From Octopus vulgaris (lineage: Eukaryota): a stretch of DNA of 64,000 bases. A program made the translations under genes and the position numbers. The notes beneath the pieces are model-generated. The model ran no database searches. It saw nothing but the letters and a program-made list of their open reading frames with translations, and was not told the origin of the DNA. This document shows positions 39,645-52,559 of this stretch, piece by piece; the stretch's first letter is position 1; each line of letters starts with the position of its first letter. Where the stretch lies: positions 95,790,001-95,854,000 of the forward strand of contig OX597814.1 of the NCBI GenBank assembly GCA_951406725.2. Direction: 5' to 3'.

Positions 39645-40074
39645 CTGAAATGACCCAATAAATAAAAATGACAGCAGTAATAATATCAAATATCAACAAA
39701 AGCAGCAGTAACAATAACAAATGCTACCCAAGTATTTTGAAGAATATGAAATAAAAAGATGAGATAATAGAGAATAAAAAGCAATAAATACTTTTAATTT
39801 GTAGTTATTGGATTGATACAGAATTTATAAAACAATGAAACAACCATGTTGAGTATAACTGTTGTATTAGACACTTAGATAATTTTATTATAATACAAAA
39901 GCTTTAGAAGGGAATTAACTTTGTATGCCCTGTTGATAGCTTTCCTGAATGCAATATCACATTAATGGATTGAAAATATTTACTCCACAGCTGATAAATC
40001 TCATGTGAGTAATAATATACAAATACTGAATGACAACAAATAATTTCATAGAATAGGAAAACTGCATCTTAGTA

Positions 40075-40736
40075 CAGTAAACTCTCTTTTATGTGATACT
40101 CAAATAACCAAGTCTCTCAAGTAACCAGCACTCAGAAAACAAATAAAATAAAAATGTGTTATTAATTAGTCAAGATAATCTGTGCTAATTGTGTTAAATG
40201 TCATTAAAAGAAAGGTAGTTTCTATTGTATCTAAAATGGATCACTGCTTCTCAAAGTACAGTACAGTATTTTATTTTACTGCATTCACAGTACCTCTACT
40301 TTATTAGGTTAATAAAACCTGTTCTTTACTTAAATTATACTTTTATTTCTTCCTATTTCCCTCATTTTCACTAGATTCAAAATATAAATAATAACACTGA
40401 TGCATATATATATACAGTAATCCATCACCATATTGCAGTTTATTATTTAAGCTTACAGCGATTCATCCGTGGTGTTGTTTTGCATTTATAATAAAATAAA
40501 TACATACAAATCATAACAATAAAAAAATATACAGTACTATTTCTACTTCGTGGATTTTCACCTATCGCAGAGGGATTTTGGAACATAGCACCCACAATAG
40601 TTGAGGGATTATTGTAGTTTTAATGAGTTTTGTACAGTGCTATGGTAATTAAAAGAATAATGATCAGATATCTGGAAAATTCAGTCATCTGGCAACCGTC
40701 TGGTCCCAGTTGTGTTGGGTAGGTGGAAGTTTACTG
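40075..40736. mobile_element. pogo/Tigger-like MITE with a second TA-flanked MITE nested at 40415-40614
   Basis: Outer TA-CAGTAAACTC...GAAGTTTACTG-TA. Inner TA-CAGTAATCC...GGATTATTG-TA. Confidence 0.6.
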
Positions 40737-40875
40737 TACAACTATCATAATACAAAACAAATAATGGAAACACAAAGCAATATGCTTACTCAAGTTATAA
40801 AAATCATTTCATATTAAAATGAAAAAGAAGGCCAAAATTATAAAAAGAAAGCTTTTAAAAAAATATTGGCTTTAC

Positions 40876-40975
40876 CTGTGTATACAAGTGGTATGCTTGA
40901 ATAATTCTGGGTTCCAGTTAATGTGGATTACTTCATAAAAATGGCAAATAGATTCATAATCTATCCAAAATACTC
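40876..40975 (-). CDS. CAPN7: Calpain-7 exon (end of CysPc)
   Basis: GVFWIDYESICHFYEVIHINWNPELFKHTTCIH. Junctions cag / gtaaag. Confidence 0.95.
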
Positions 40976-41415
40976 CTGTAAAAATATTTCAAAAATTAAT
41001 ATTAGTTTTATCTTCCATTTTTTAGACCATGATTTGGTTTCAATGACAGAGGATATATTTATTCAAGCTGCACTGGCTCAGGAATGAAATTTGCTTAGGA
41101 GGTGCAGACTGAGGTCCAAAATTTTTAACAAAGTCTTATTGTTTTTTTTTATTTATTTATTTATTTATTTTTTATGTTCTTTGAGAGGAAAAAAAACCTA
41201 ACTTCTATCTACTTCTTACAGATAACTTTTTATGCACTGTTTTCTAAACCTTAAACCTGAGAAAATTAAGGGCGAAAATTTTGATTTTGCACCCCCTGCA
41301 CCCACTATTCTTGGGCCCATGTCCAGCTGTGTAGATAATATATATTCTCTGAGAAGTATTTCAATACTGAATGAAATAGATATGGAATTAACTGAAAAGT
41401 TTTTTTTAAATTTTA

Positions 41416-41614
41416 CCCTTTAGCATTTAAACCAGCCATATCCAGCTAAAATATTCTACTTGTTTTATGTTCAAACTGGCCAGATCTGGCCTCTCACACC
41501 AACCCTTCAATGTCATTCTAAAAATCTCAAAGCTACAAGGTAATGCATGATTAATTCAAAGCAATGTGAATAAATGAGTATTACTTTTGGCAGAATAACA
41601 GGAATACTAAAGGG
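41416..41614 (+). mobile_element. piggyBac-like MITE family A
   Basis: CCCTTTAGCATT ... TACTAAAGGG-TTAA. Confidence 0.75.
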
Positions 41615-42042
41615 TTAATGTAATAGAACATTAGAATGGCCTATGAATAAGATAAGAGTTTCCAAGAACGTGATATAACAAAGGAGGTTATACAAGCATA
41701 GTAACAATAAGAGAAACATCATGGAATCATAGGTGATGGAGTTTTGAGCTGCCAGGTTAATGGATATAAAATCCATGGTTCACATCCTATTATCAGAGCT
41801 ATATAGTTTCGGATAAAAGTATTTAATTCTCAAAGGTTCAATTTAGCAGGCCTTTAAAAAAAAAACATATGGAGAAAGGTACACTGTAAGTAGTAGAAGC
41901 ATTTTGCAACTGAGAGGTGACACTCAGCAAAGCCTACATAAGACTGGTACCTAAGAGAGGAAGAGACATATTTCAACTAGTCCTAACTAAAAACCCAGAT
42001 GAGATCAGGAAATTGTATTCTGCTGGTTCTATTGATTTTAAT

Positions 42043-42455
42043 CATCATCATCATCATTTAACATCAGTTTTCCATGCTAGCATGGGTTGGACAGTTCGAC
42101 CGGGGTCTGGGAAGCCAGGAGGCTGCACCAGACTCCAGTCCGACCTGGCAGTGTTTGTACAGCTGGATGCCCTTCTTAGTGCTATCCACTCCGTGAGTAT
42201 AGTGGGTGCTTTTTATGTGCCACCGACACAGGTGCCAGGCGAGGCTGGCAACGGCCACAATCAGTTGGTGCTTTTTACGTGCCACTGGCACAGAAGCCAG
42301 TCATGGCAGTGCTGGCATCAGCCACGCTCGGATGGTGCTCTTTACGTGCCACCGGCACAGGTATCACAACTACAATTTCCATTTGATTTTTATTTGATGT
42401 TGATGTACTTGACTCAATAGGTCTCCTCAAGCACAGCAGGTTGCCCTACAATCCT
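42043..42455 (-). mobile_element. RTE LINE 3' UTR fragment
   Basis: Highly similar to 2085-2480, with a (CAT)n tail. Confidence 0.85.
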
Positions 42456-42751
42456 AGGATTAAAATCAATGCTGAGACTATTTACATGATTAAATGCATT
42501 TGCTCATACTGTATACTTGAATTCCAAGCCAGTCAACTTAAGACTCAACGAAGTGGTTTGTACATTGGTTTCATAAACTATATAGGACATTCTACCTCCT
42601 GCTGTTTCCATGACAATACTGAGTTTACACTAATCCTAACTATAAACTAAAATCTTCATCTTGGCAATATTCACAATTCTGTATTTTCATACTAATTTTG
42701 AATAATAATGATTTCTTGCTATCACAGATTAATAATGAACAGATGCCTTAC

Positions 42752-42896
42752 CATTATCAAAGCTCTGGGCACTTTTAGGATCGTAGTTTAAAATACTTTG
42801 CATTTCTGGAGTCCAATGTTTAGTATCATGCTCAGAAAATCTTCCTTTCCACCTGAGATGATTCCAAGGGTTTTTTAACATGAATAATTTTCGACC
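42752..42896 (-). CDS. CAPN7: Calpain-7 exon with catalytic Asn
   Basis: GRKLFMLKNPWNHLRWKGRFSEHDTKHWTPEMQSILNYDPKSAQSFDN contains the KNPW motif. Confidence 0.96.
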
Positions 42897-43586
42897 CTTT
42901 GAACAAAGAATAATATTTTTCTGTAATAATGTTCATGGATTTTGCATAAATGTTGTTTTTTAGCATATAGTTAAGATGAAAGCTTAAATGCAACAACGTA
43001 AATATCACATTAACAATATATCTAATTAAGGGTAGAAAAAGAGTAAAGACCCCCTTTAGTCATTAATGACCATGGAATTGCACCTAGAAAGTTCCCCTCA
43101 GAAGCACAAGTCTGGGCAAAGTTGTTTATGGAAGACCAGTAGTCGCCCATGCATACCAGCCTCTTCTCTTCATGCCACCAATGTTATCCAAGGAAAAGGT
43201 AAAGATCAATACAACTTGGCACCAGTGATGATGCAGCTCATTTCTGCAGCTGAGTGAACTGGAGTAACATGAAATACAGTGTCTTACTTAAGAACACAAC
43301 ACACAGCTCAGTCTGAGAATTGAACTCACTACCTCGTGATTGTGAGCCCAATGCTCTAACCACTTAGCCATATATCTTCATATCTAATTAAAGCTATGCA
43401 TATTTACAATAACTTTACTTTTAATATAAAAATGAATATTAACATTTATGTTCATCAAGTTCTTAGTCTTCATACTTGCACAACTTATAAAAACATATTA
43501 AATATCTAGAGAAACATTTTTAGACATTAATTATATTCTTTCTTAGAATTGTTAAAAATAAAATATGACAAATGTAAAAAACTTAC

Positions 43587-43814
43587 TTTAACGTCTTTGA
43601 TGTCTAACATAGCATATGCATGAGTAGGAACAAGACCAGCACGTTCAGCTTCACTTTCATTTATGTCACCAGTAGACATTGTAACCAGACAGTCACCTTT
43701 GTGAAACCGCTCAAAAATGCGCTTAAATACGTTATCTTTATCAAATGGTGAGGTAGTAGATACAATAGATATACGCTCTGGAATCCATCCAGTTAGTGCA
43801 TTGAGATCGATATT
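43587..43814 (-). CDS. CAPN7: Calpain-7 exon with catalytic His
   Basis: NIDLNALTGWIPERI...GLVPTHAYAMLDIKDVK. Junctions cag / gtaag. Confidence 0.97.
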
Positions 43815-45049
43815 CTGTATTGCATTGAAAAATGAAAATGAAGAAAAATAACTTTTATAAAAATAAATCAAGAGCAGCAGCAATGACAAAAAAATTTATT
43901 TTTACAATATCACCAGGACATTTGCATCAAGATAATGTTATACTCTTCAATTTGCAATATTATGAGGCCCAGGACAACTACAGTCAAAAACACAGGGATA
44001 GTGACTAGTGCACTCTAAACATAGTTAAGCATTGAAAAGAAAGTGTAAGAGTCAGCGTCATGTACCAGCCAGAATTTCTTTGTGTGTGATTTGGGTTCAG
44101 AAATCCGCACCTCTGTCTTCTAAATATTACTTAAAACTATAAGAACATGTTCAGTCTCCAAACAGGCTACTAATATCTCTTTGTGTATGTATGTTCATGT
44201 ATCTGCTTACCTAATAGATACGGTGAAAACATTGCTACTTAAAAACTAGAGACTAGTGATGTTATATAGAAGAAAAAATATATACACATAAATCATTTTC
44301 AAATGAAGCAGGGTTTAAAGAAATTTATTTTTTAAACAGCTAGCTTGCAGGAAATGGTATTATCAATATAAGTATGCAAACTTACTATGAAATATCTTAC
44401 AGCTTGGAAATTTACAAATGCCAGACAGATAGCTGTACTTAATGACAAAATTATCAAAAAAAAATGAGAATGACAATGATGATGATGGTGGCAGTGACAG
44501 CAACAACAACACTGGGTAGGGTGGAGGACACAAACAAGGATATGAAACCTCCACAAGTTGCATGCGGTTATATAGGTTATAGATACTATAATCTTTTCAA
44601 TGGGAATCTCATGTACATATACCAAATGACTTTACACACTTCCAACATGAGCGTCTAGTGAGAATTTTCACTTTTCTTTGAAAAAGAATATACATGTTCG
44701 TGTGTATAATCATATATGTACTCGTGCACAGACATGTTTCATTATAGTAAAAATGTAATTAATATACAAGATGATTAAGGTGGCAAGCCGACAGAAATGT
44801 TAGTATACTAGGCAAGATGCTTAGTCGAATTTCATGTCTTTGTGTTCTGATTTCAAATTCCACCAAGGTCGACTTCGCCTTTCATCCTTTTGGGTTTGAT
44901 AAAATAAGTACCAGTTGAACATTGGAATCGATGTAATCAATTTGCACCCATCCCCTGAATTTGCTGGCCTTGTGCCAAAATTTGAAACCAATATACAAAA
45001 TAACTGAAGACATTGAAAAAAAAACTGCACAAAGTTCCATAACTCTTAC

Positions 45050-45196
45050 CGAATTTGATCCTGGAAAATCATAGCCACCCATCACTTTCATGTATGCCTT
45101 CTCCAAAAGCGAGACCCATAGTTCACTTCGATTATTAGAAAATGAACAGAGTAGTTCCGAATTACGACCAAGAGGTAAATAGTCATCTATGATCAC
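45050..45196 (-). CDS. CAPN7: Calpain-7 exon (CysPc)
   Basis: [49 protein letters not shown]. Confidence 0.97.
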
Positions 45197-47708
45197 CTGA
45201 AAAACATGACTGCAAAAATCAGTAATTTTTAGTCATTTGTTATTTAAGAACATTCTAAAACCTGTTTCTGAGATTGTGATAAATATCTAAACTAAAGAAA
45301 GAATGTGGAATCTAACTTAAATGTTTGATTATTCTATGATTTTAGACAAAGTTGAAGTCTCTGAAAATGTCTAAACTAACAACTTTCCATAAGACAAAGT
45401 GGCTTATATTTATAAATGGTTGTATGGTAAGAAGCCTGCTTCCCAACCACATGGTTTCAGGTTCAGTCCCACAGCATGGCACTTTGGGCAAGTGTCTTCC
45501 ACAGACTGTACTGGGTGCTTTATATATAACACCAGCACCCATGCTTTTAATGTAGAACCAACACAAGGGCTTTTTATGCGGTAGCAGCATCAGTATCAAT
45601 TCTGCTGTGGTGGACAAACCTTCTTGAGTACAGCAAGACACCAGATATCTTGGTCCTTTGTCATATCCTTCATAAGCCTCAATATCTTGTGATCAGTCCA
45701 TGTTTGTCCCCCACCACTGCTTAACAACAGGCACTGACATGTTTATTTTCCCATAACTTAGCAGTTCAGCAAAAGAGGCCGATAAAATAAGTACTAGGCT
45801 TAACAAAATAGGTCTTGGGGTTGTTTTGTTCAACAAAACCCTTTCAAGGTGGTGGCCCAGCACAGCTGCAGTTAAATGACTGAAACAAGTAAAAGATAAA
45901 TCACTAACATACATTTATCTCTCGATTAAGAATAAAGGGTTTCTTTTTTAACCTGTTTTTGATATGATATTGCTGTGGTTCACAAGCCATGCCACTTCCT
46001 GATGACTGATATTTTTTTTTTTCTCTCACCATGTATTTTATTTTATTTTGGCATTAAGTATGCTCTCACAGTCTTATCTAGAGACAAATATGTTACCTTT
46101 CGCAGTAGGTGAACTGCTGAGAGAGTCAACTAGATGGATATGTTTCATTAAAACTAGATAGGAATATTTAGGATTAACGAATTAACTTGTATGAACAAAA
46201 TCTTGAGGGCTCTGTATTGAACAAAAATCTTTAAAATTTTCTTTGGAAATACTGTAACTGGATATAAATGGTTGTTAATAGTTACCTAGAGATTAAACTT
46301 TGTATTTTGGCCACGATCGGTGGCACGTAAAAAGCACTATCCGATCGTGGCCGTTTGCCAGCCTCGTCTGGCACCTGTGCAGGTGGCACATAAAAAGCAC
46401 CCACTACACTCTTGGAGTGGTTGGCATTAGGAAGGGCATCCAGCTGTAGAAACACTGCCAGATCAGACTGGGCCTGGCACAGCCTCCTGGCTTCCCAGAC
46501 CCCAGTTGAACCATCCAACCCATGCTAGCATGGAAAACGGACGTTAAAAGATGATGATGATGTTCTTTGAATAACATCTGTCTGTGATTTCCTGAACTAA
46601 CAGAGAATAAGATTCAGTTTTGAATGAATTCATCATGTTGAAAGCTATACTGAAGTGTACAACTTTCATTATAAGTTTAGCTGAGATATTTTGGAATGAT
46701 GAATAATAACTCCCGACTGATGGCACCATTGCAGCACTAAAGTGACAACCCTTCAACCCATGCTATCCTCCAGAGTTTCCTCTGCTTAGTGGATGGGGTT
46801 CCTAATGATTTTTCTCCAGACACTTCATACAACATGCCATAGAGACAGTTGAGTTACTTCTCTAGAGGAGAGAATTTTGGGGGTTAGTACAAGGGGTTGT
46901 TGCTGGTGAGGGACTTACAAGGTTGGAGTGCAAATCCTACCTCAACATCATGATGATTGTAGAGGCAATGGAAGTTGCCTCAATGTGGCTGTGGATCAGA
47001 GGTGTGAGCTCTGGAAGGGACTGTGCTACTAGGAGTAGTACTAACTGGACACAAACTGATGGTGCTTGAAGAACCCTGGTTGGGTTGCTTTGGGTGAAGG
47101 TGTCTAATGTCGAAAGATTCAAAACACCTAATGACCACAGGAAACATCTCTGATGATGTGTCCAGGGGCATCACAATATGATATTTTACTTGTTTCAGTC
47201 ATTAGACTGTAGCAATGCTGGGGCACTGCCTAGAAGAATTTTTAATTGAACAAATCAACCCCAGTACTTTCTTTTTAAGCCCGGTACTTATTCTATTGGT
47301 CTCTTTGCTGAACCACTAAGTTACAGAGATATAAACAAACCATCACCAGCTGTCAACTGGCAGTGGGAGACAAACACAGACACTAAGACACACACACATA
47401 TAGATATATATACATATATATATACAACAGGCTTCTTTCAGTTTCTACCAAATTCCATTCACAAGGCATTGGTCAGCCCAAAGCTATAGTGGAAGACACT
47501 TACCCAAGGGCCCACACAGTGGGACTGAACCTGGAACCATGTGGTTGCAAAGCTAATATCTTACCACACAGCCATGCCTGTGTCTTTGATGTGTAGAAAA
47601 ACTAACAACAAACTATATTGATGATACTGGCAATAAACATTTATGACATCCGAGAAACAGTACATTTATCAATAATACACTATCACAAATAATATTAAAA
47701 TATACTAC

Positions 47709-47802
47709 CTTCCTTGGCACCCCATTGAGATGCAATTTGATCATGTATTTCCCACATGGATTATATATAGGCTCACCAAGTTTGTTCTGAGGGTAAATAA
47801 TA
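47709..47802 (-). CDS. CAPN7: Calpain-7 exon
   Basis: [31 protein letters not shown]. Junctions ttcag / gtagta. Confidence 0.95.
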
Positions 47803-48741
47803 CTGAAAAAAATTAAAACAAATTCTAAATTTCAATGGATATATAAAAAAAAAGTATATCAAAACATTTTTCCTTGAAAGAATTATATATCCTAACTCTC
47901 TACATTCTGAGTTCAAATCCTACTGGGGTCATCTTTACCTTTGATTATTACTAATTATATTATCTTAAAAATTTTAAATACCATTTCTGTTTTATATACT
48001 GATATTTTCAATATTAAAGTGGGCTAATAGAATTGTTAGCATGCCAGGCAAAATGCTTAGTGGCACTATGTCTGTCTTTATGTTCTGAGTTCAAATTCCA
48101 CCAAGGTTGACTTTGCCTTTCGTTTTATTGGGGTCGATAAAATAAGTACCAGTTGAACACTAGGGTCAATGCAATCAACTTGCCTCCTTCCATGAAACTG
48201 CTGGTCTTGTGCCAAAATTTGAAACCAATATTTGCAATACAAATATTTTTTAAATATTTCAAAGCCAATTTGTCAAAGTTGCTAAAAAGAAACCAAGCCT
48301 TATTATATAAGCCAGACTAAGTACTCCACCTGAAAATAACAACACTCAGCCTGTTGACATTACTTCAGTAATCATTAATGTTGAGCTGAAAGGATTTCAG
48401 ACAAAAGGCCTGAAGAGTGTCTCCAATCAAAGAACTAACTGATGGAAGCCAAACCACAAAACATGTAACTACTGCACTCATAGGAGATTTGAAAAGAACA
48501 ATACCAAACCACTGCTGTCTGCACACTGTACATTTACTACAGCACTGAAGAAGGTATATAACTCTGCTTGTCTGCTGACAGGCTACACACAACACATACT
48601 GGTTGAGTAGCTCATGATAAGGACAACCAATAATAAAATCACTTGATTAAGAAATAAGCAAATATCCTAATTTCCAATCACAATACCAGTATTTAAAAAT
48701 CAGTAAATTTTTTAACTGTGGAGCTGTTGGTTCAAGAGTGC

Positions 48742-49345
48742 ATCATCATCATTGTTTAATATCTGCTTTCCATGCTGGCATGGCTTGGACGGTTTGATTG
48801 AAAACTAGTAAGCAGTGGGGCTGCACCAGGTTCCAGTCTGATTTTGCAAGGTTTCTATGGCTGAATGCCCTTCCTAACACCAACCACTCCGAGAGTGTAG
48901 TAGGTGCTTTTTATGTGCCACTAGCATGGGTGCCATTAACCTGATGCTGGCATCGGCCATGACTATGGTCCCACTTGGCTCGACAGGTTAACACAAGCAT
49001 GGTATATTGCCAAGGGTCTTGGTCACCTGTCACTGCCTCCATGAGGCCCAATGCTCAAATGGGGCTTTTTGCATGCCAGTCAAATGACACTGGCATCAGC
49101 CACAGCTCCAATTTCACTTGGTTCAACTGGCCTTCACAAGCATAGCATATTGCCCAACCACTGAAGGGTGCTTTTAACAGGCTAGTTATGTGACACTGGC
49201 ATCGGCCACAACTACGATCTTACTTGGCTTGATGATGCTTTTTACATGCCACCAGCATGGGTGCCAGTCAGGCGGCACTGGCATCGGCCATGACTACAAT
49301 TTCACTTGGTTCAACTGGCCTTCACAAGCACAGCATATTGCCAGG
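48742..49345 (-). mobile_element. RTE LINE 3' UTR with internal duplications
   Basis: (CAT)n tail and repeated CTGGCATCGGCCA..CAATTTCACTTGGTTCAACTGGCCTTCACAAGCA units. Confidence 0.7.
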
Positions 49346-49767
49346 AATTGAAACCACAATTCCTGGACTAGGTGATGTGTTGTGTTCTCAAGAAAAACAT
49401 TTTATTTCACTTTGCTCCAGTAAACTCAGCTAGTAAGAAAGAGTGATCATGTGACAGACTGGCATCTTGTTCAGGGAGGAATATACATGCCAGAAAAACT
49501 GGGCCTATGCTCCTTACAGAGTAATGTGGACTAACCGCGCACGCGCATGTGTGTGTATGTATGTATATGAGGCAGTGCTCCAGCATGGCCATAGTCAAAT
49601 GACTGAAACAAGTAAAGGAAGAAAAGTATACACACATACAAACTTGAACATGCATGTGAGCACACTGGGGAAAAACAAGGTGGAAAAAATACTACTCAAA
49701 TACCAAAGATAAAATAATACAGTATTTTGTTGAAACTAAAAAGACAGACTCCTGTTTTGTTTCATAC

Positions 49768-49853
49768 CTTGTTATCAATTTCTTATTAAAACGTCTTTCA
49801 TATTGTGCAGCAATAGCAAGAGAAGCAACGAAACTGCAGTCAGATACAATAGT
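49768..49853 (-). CDS. CAPN7: Calpain-7 exon with catalytic Cys
   Basis: TIVSDCSFVASLAIAAQYERRFNKKLIT contains the CAPN7 QTIVSDCSF motif. Confidence 0.97.
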
Positions 49854-50959
49854 CTGTATAAATTCAAAGAAAAAAAATATTTAATGGTAAAACATAATAT
49901 CAAGTAACATGAAAGGTACTAAAAACAAGCAAAACTTTATTAAGTCAGAAATACCATCAAATGATCTTTAGCTAATAGTATCAAATTAATCCTTTGTGTC
50001 ACATTTTATAATTTGTAGAAGAGAAAAATCAAAGTAGTTAAAGAAATTCTTTCTTCCCTAAAGGCACAGGTGTAGCTAGGTGATTAAGAAGTTTACTTCC
50101 AAACCACATGGATTCAGGTTCAGTTCCACTGTGGCACATTAAGTAAGCGTTTTCTATAACAGCCCTGAGATGACCAAGGCCTTGTGAGTAGATTTGGTAG
50201 ACAGAAACTGAGAGAAGCCTGCCACATCCAGAAATTATTTCAACCAACTCCTCCCTTCATAAATTTTCAACACATGAAACATGTTTTTTGCGAAGTTTCT
50301 AATTTCAAGAAATTGATTGGAATTGTAAAAAAACAACAACAAAAAAATTACGTCTGTAAGTGCGAAATATGTTGTTAATAAGATCATAATTTTTCAGACT
50401 TTTAACTGCATGTTTAGAGAATACCATATTTTCCAAATATTTATATTTATAATATGTTTTAACTGGTTTCATTTTTCACTGTCACCAGGTGTCTTGTTTA
50501 TGGATGTGTACATATGATGAAGGCACATGGCTCAGTGGTTAGATTATGGGGCTCACAATCATGTGGCAGTGAGTTTGATTTCCACACTAGGCTATGTGTT
50601 GTGTTCTTAAGCAAGTCACTTTATTTGACATTGCTCTAGTTCACTCAGCTGTAGTTGCGACATCACTGGCAGCCAAGCTGTATTGGTCTTTACCTTTCCC
50701 TTGGGTAACATTGGTGGCGTGGTGAGGGAAGACTGGTATGCATGGGTGACTGCTGGTCTTCTATAAACAACCTTGCCCAGACTTGTACAATCCCATAGTC
50801 ATTTATAACCGAAGAGGGTCTTTACCCCTTCACATAGTATGATACTAGAAACGAACTAAGAGCCATGGTTTAAAAGCTAAAAGTAATAACATTTTTATCC
50901 ATTTTGGTCTTTATATATGCACAAGTGGTCTAATGAATAAGAACAGCATTATCTTTAGT

Positions 50960-51340
50960 TTACTCTTTTACCTGTTTCAGTCATTTGACTACGGCATGCT
51001 GAAGCACTACCTTTAGTCGAGCAAATCAACCCCAGGACTTATTCTTTGTAAGCCTAGTACTTATTCTATCGGTCTCTTTTGCAGAACCGCTAAGTTATGG
51101 GGACACAAACACACCAGCATCGGTTGTCAAGCGATGTTGGGGAGGGACAAACACAGACACACACACACACATATACGACGGGCTTCTTTCAGTTTCCGTC
51201 TACCAAATCCACTCACAAGGCTTTGGTCGGCCCAAGGCTATAGTAGAAGACACTTGCCCAAGGTGTCACGCAGTGGGACTGAACCAGGAACCATGTGGTT
51301 AGTAAGCAAGCTACTTACCACACAGCGACTCCTGTGCCTA
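50960..51340 (-). mobile_element. tRNA-derived SINE (well preserved copy)
   Basis: Head GGCACAGGAGTCGCTGTGTGGTAAG..GTTCCTGGTTCAGTCCCAC on the minus strand, with internal (TG)n. Many sister copies, e.g. 47190-47580, 33730-33930, 26950-27105. Confidence 0.85.
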
Positions 51341-51822
51341 TAAATAAATGTTAATAATTTTTATGCTCCCTGGTGTTATTTAGTCAAACAAATCAATCTC
51401 AGGATTCTTTTTTAAGCCTGGTATTCTATCGGTTTTGCTGAAGTGCCAAGTTACAAAGACATAAATACACCAACACTGGTTGTCAAAGAGTGGTGGTGGG
51501 GGGACACAGACACAAAGATACAGACAGAGGCTTCTTTCAGTTTCCATCTACCAAATCCACTCATAGTAGAAGTCATTTGCCTGAGGTGTCATGTAGTAGA
51601 ACTGAACCCAGAACCATGTGGTTGGGAAGCAAGCTTCTTATCACAGAGCCATGCATACATATATATTTTTTTTAAATGTTCATCTCTAACGATTATAATT
51701 ATAATCTTAATAAAATATTTGCTTATACAAATATTTTTCTTTTTAACAATTCTTCAACATGATAATAGAAATGCGAAGCAATTGCTTCAAAAATCATCAA
51801 AAATAGATTTTAAGGATCTAAC

Positions 51823-51949
51823 CTGACGGATACTAAAACTAGAAATGGTATATATCATTTTTGGATTATCACAGAATTCTTCTGGTCGAGCCCATCTTGC
51901 AAAATTTTCTAATTGTTTTGGAGATAGTGTCAGTTTGCCATGCTTATCA
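51823..51949 (-). CDS. CAPN7: Calpain-7 exon
   Basis: DKHGKLTLSPKQLENFARWARPEEFCDNPKMIYTISSFSIRQ. Junctions cag / gttaga. Confidence 0.95.
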
Positions 51950-52472
51950 CTGTAGATTTAAAAAAAAACACAAATGACAGGTTAATTAGAGAAAGATTTT
52001 ACAAATACATGTTAGATTACAAGAAATATTAAGGCTTTCATCACACATGTTTGCAAAGTTAAATGTGCAACAGAAAACAGGGTAAAAATATTATTAGAAC
52101 TTGAGATGGTAGAAACTTCAAGGAAAATATGGCTACTGTATTAGAATGTTAAATTACATATGTAAAATCTTTTTCATTTTCTGGACTTCAAATAATTTTT
52201 AGAGCAATAATTTTACAGTGGATGATTTTTAAATTTCAACCAATATACCAAATAATGGGATTATGACTTCTAACTAATAAAGGTTGTTTAGCAGCAATTT
52301 AGATTATTCTATGTACTAGAATTACAGTTAATTTCATGATGTCAGATTTTTATTCTTTTATTTATTTATTTATTTTTTATTTTATCTAGTTTCAGCTCAC
52401 GAGCTGTGGCCATATGCTAATTATATTTTTGGCATGGCAAGTGAAATTAAGAAAAACAAAAGTTATACTTAC

Positions 52473-52559
52473 GTCATTGGTAGAGGAAAAGCAAATCTTT
52501 CTAATTTATCAACTGACATAAATGGAACATATTCCTTTTTGTTAATGAAAGAAGAATGC
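52473..52559 (-). CDS. CAPN7: Calpain-7 exon
   Basis: HSSFINKKEYVPFMSVDKLERFAFPLPM. Junctions ttcag / gtaag. Confidence 0.94.

Noticed and set aside
41917-42420. 167-aa ORF, the longest in the track
   Set aside because: Lies antisense across an RTE 3' UTR that recurs many times in the window; no protein motif.
46750-47175. GC-richer segment possibly encoding a LINE (I/Nimb-like) C-terminus
   Set aside because: Too degenerate to assign from sequence alone.
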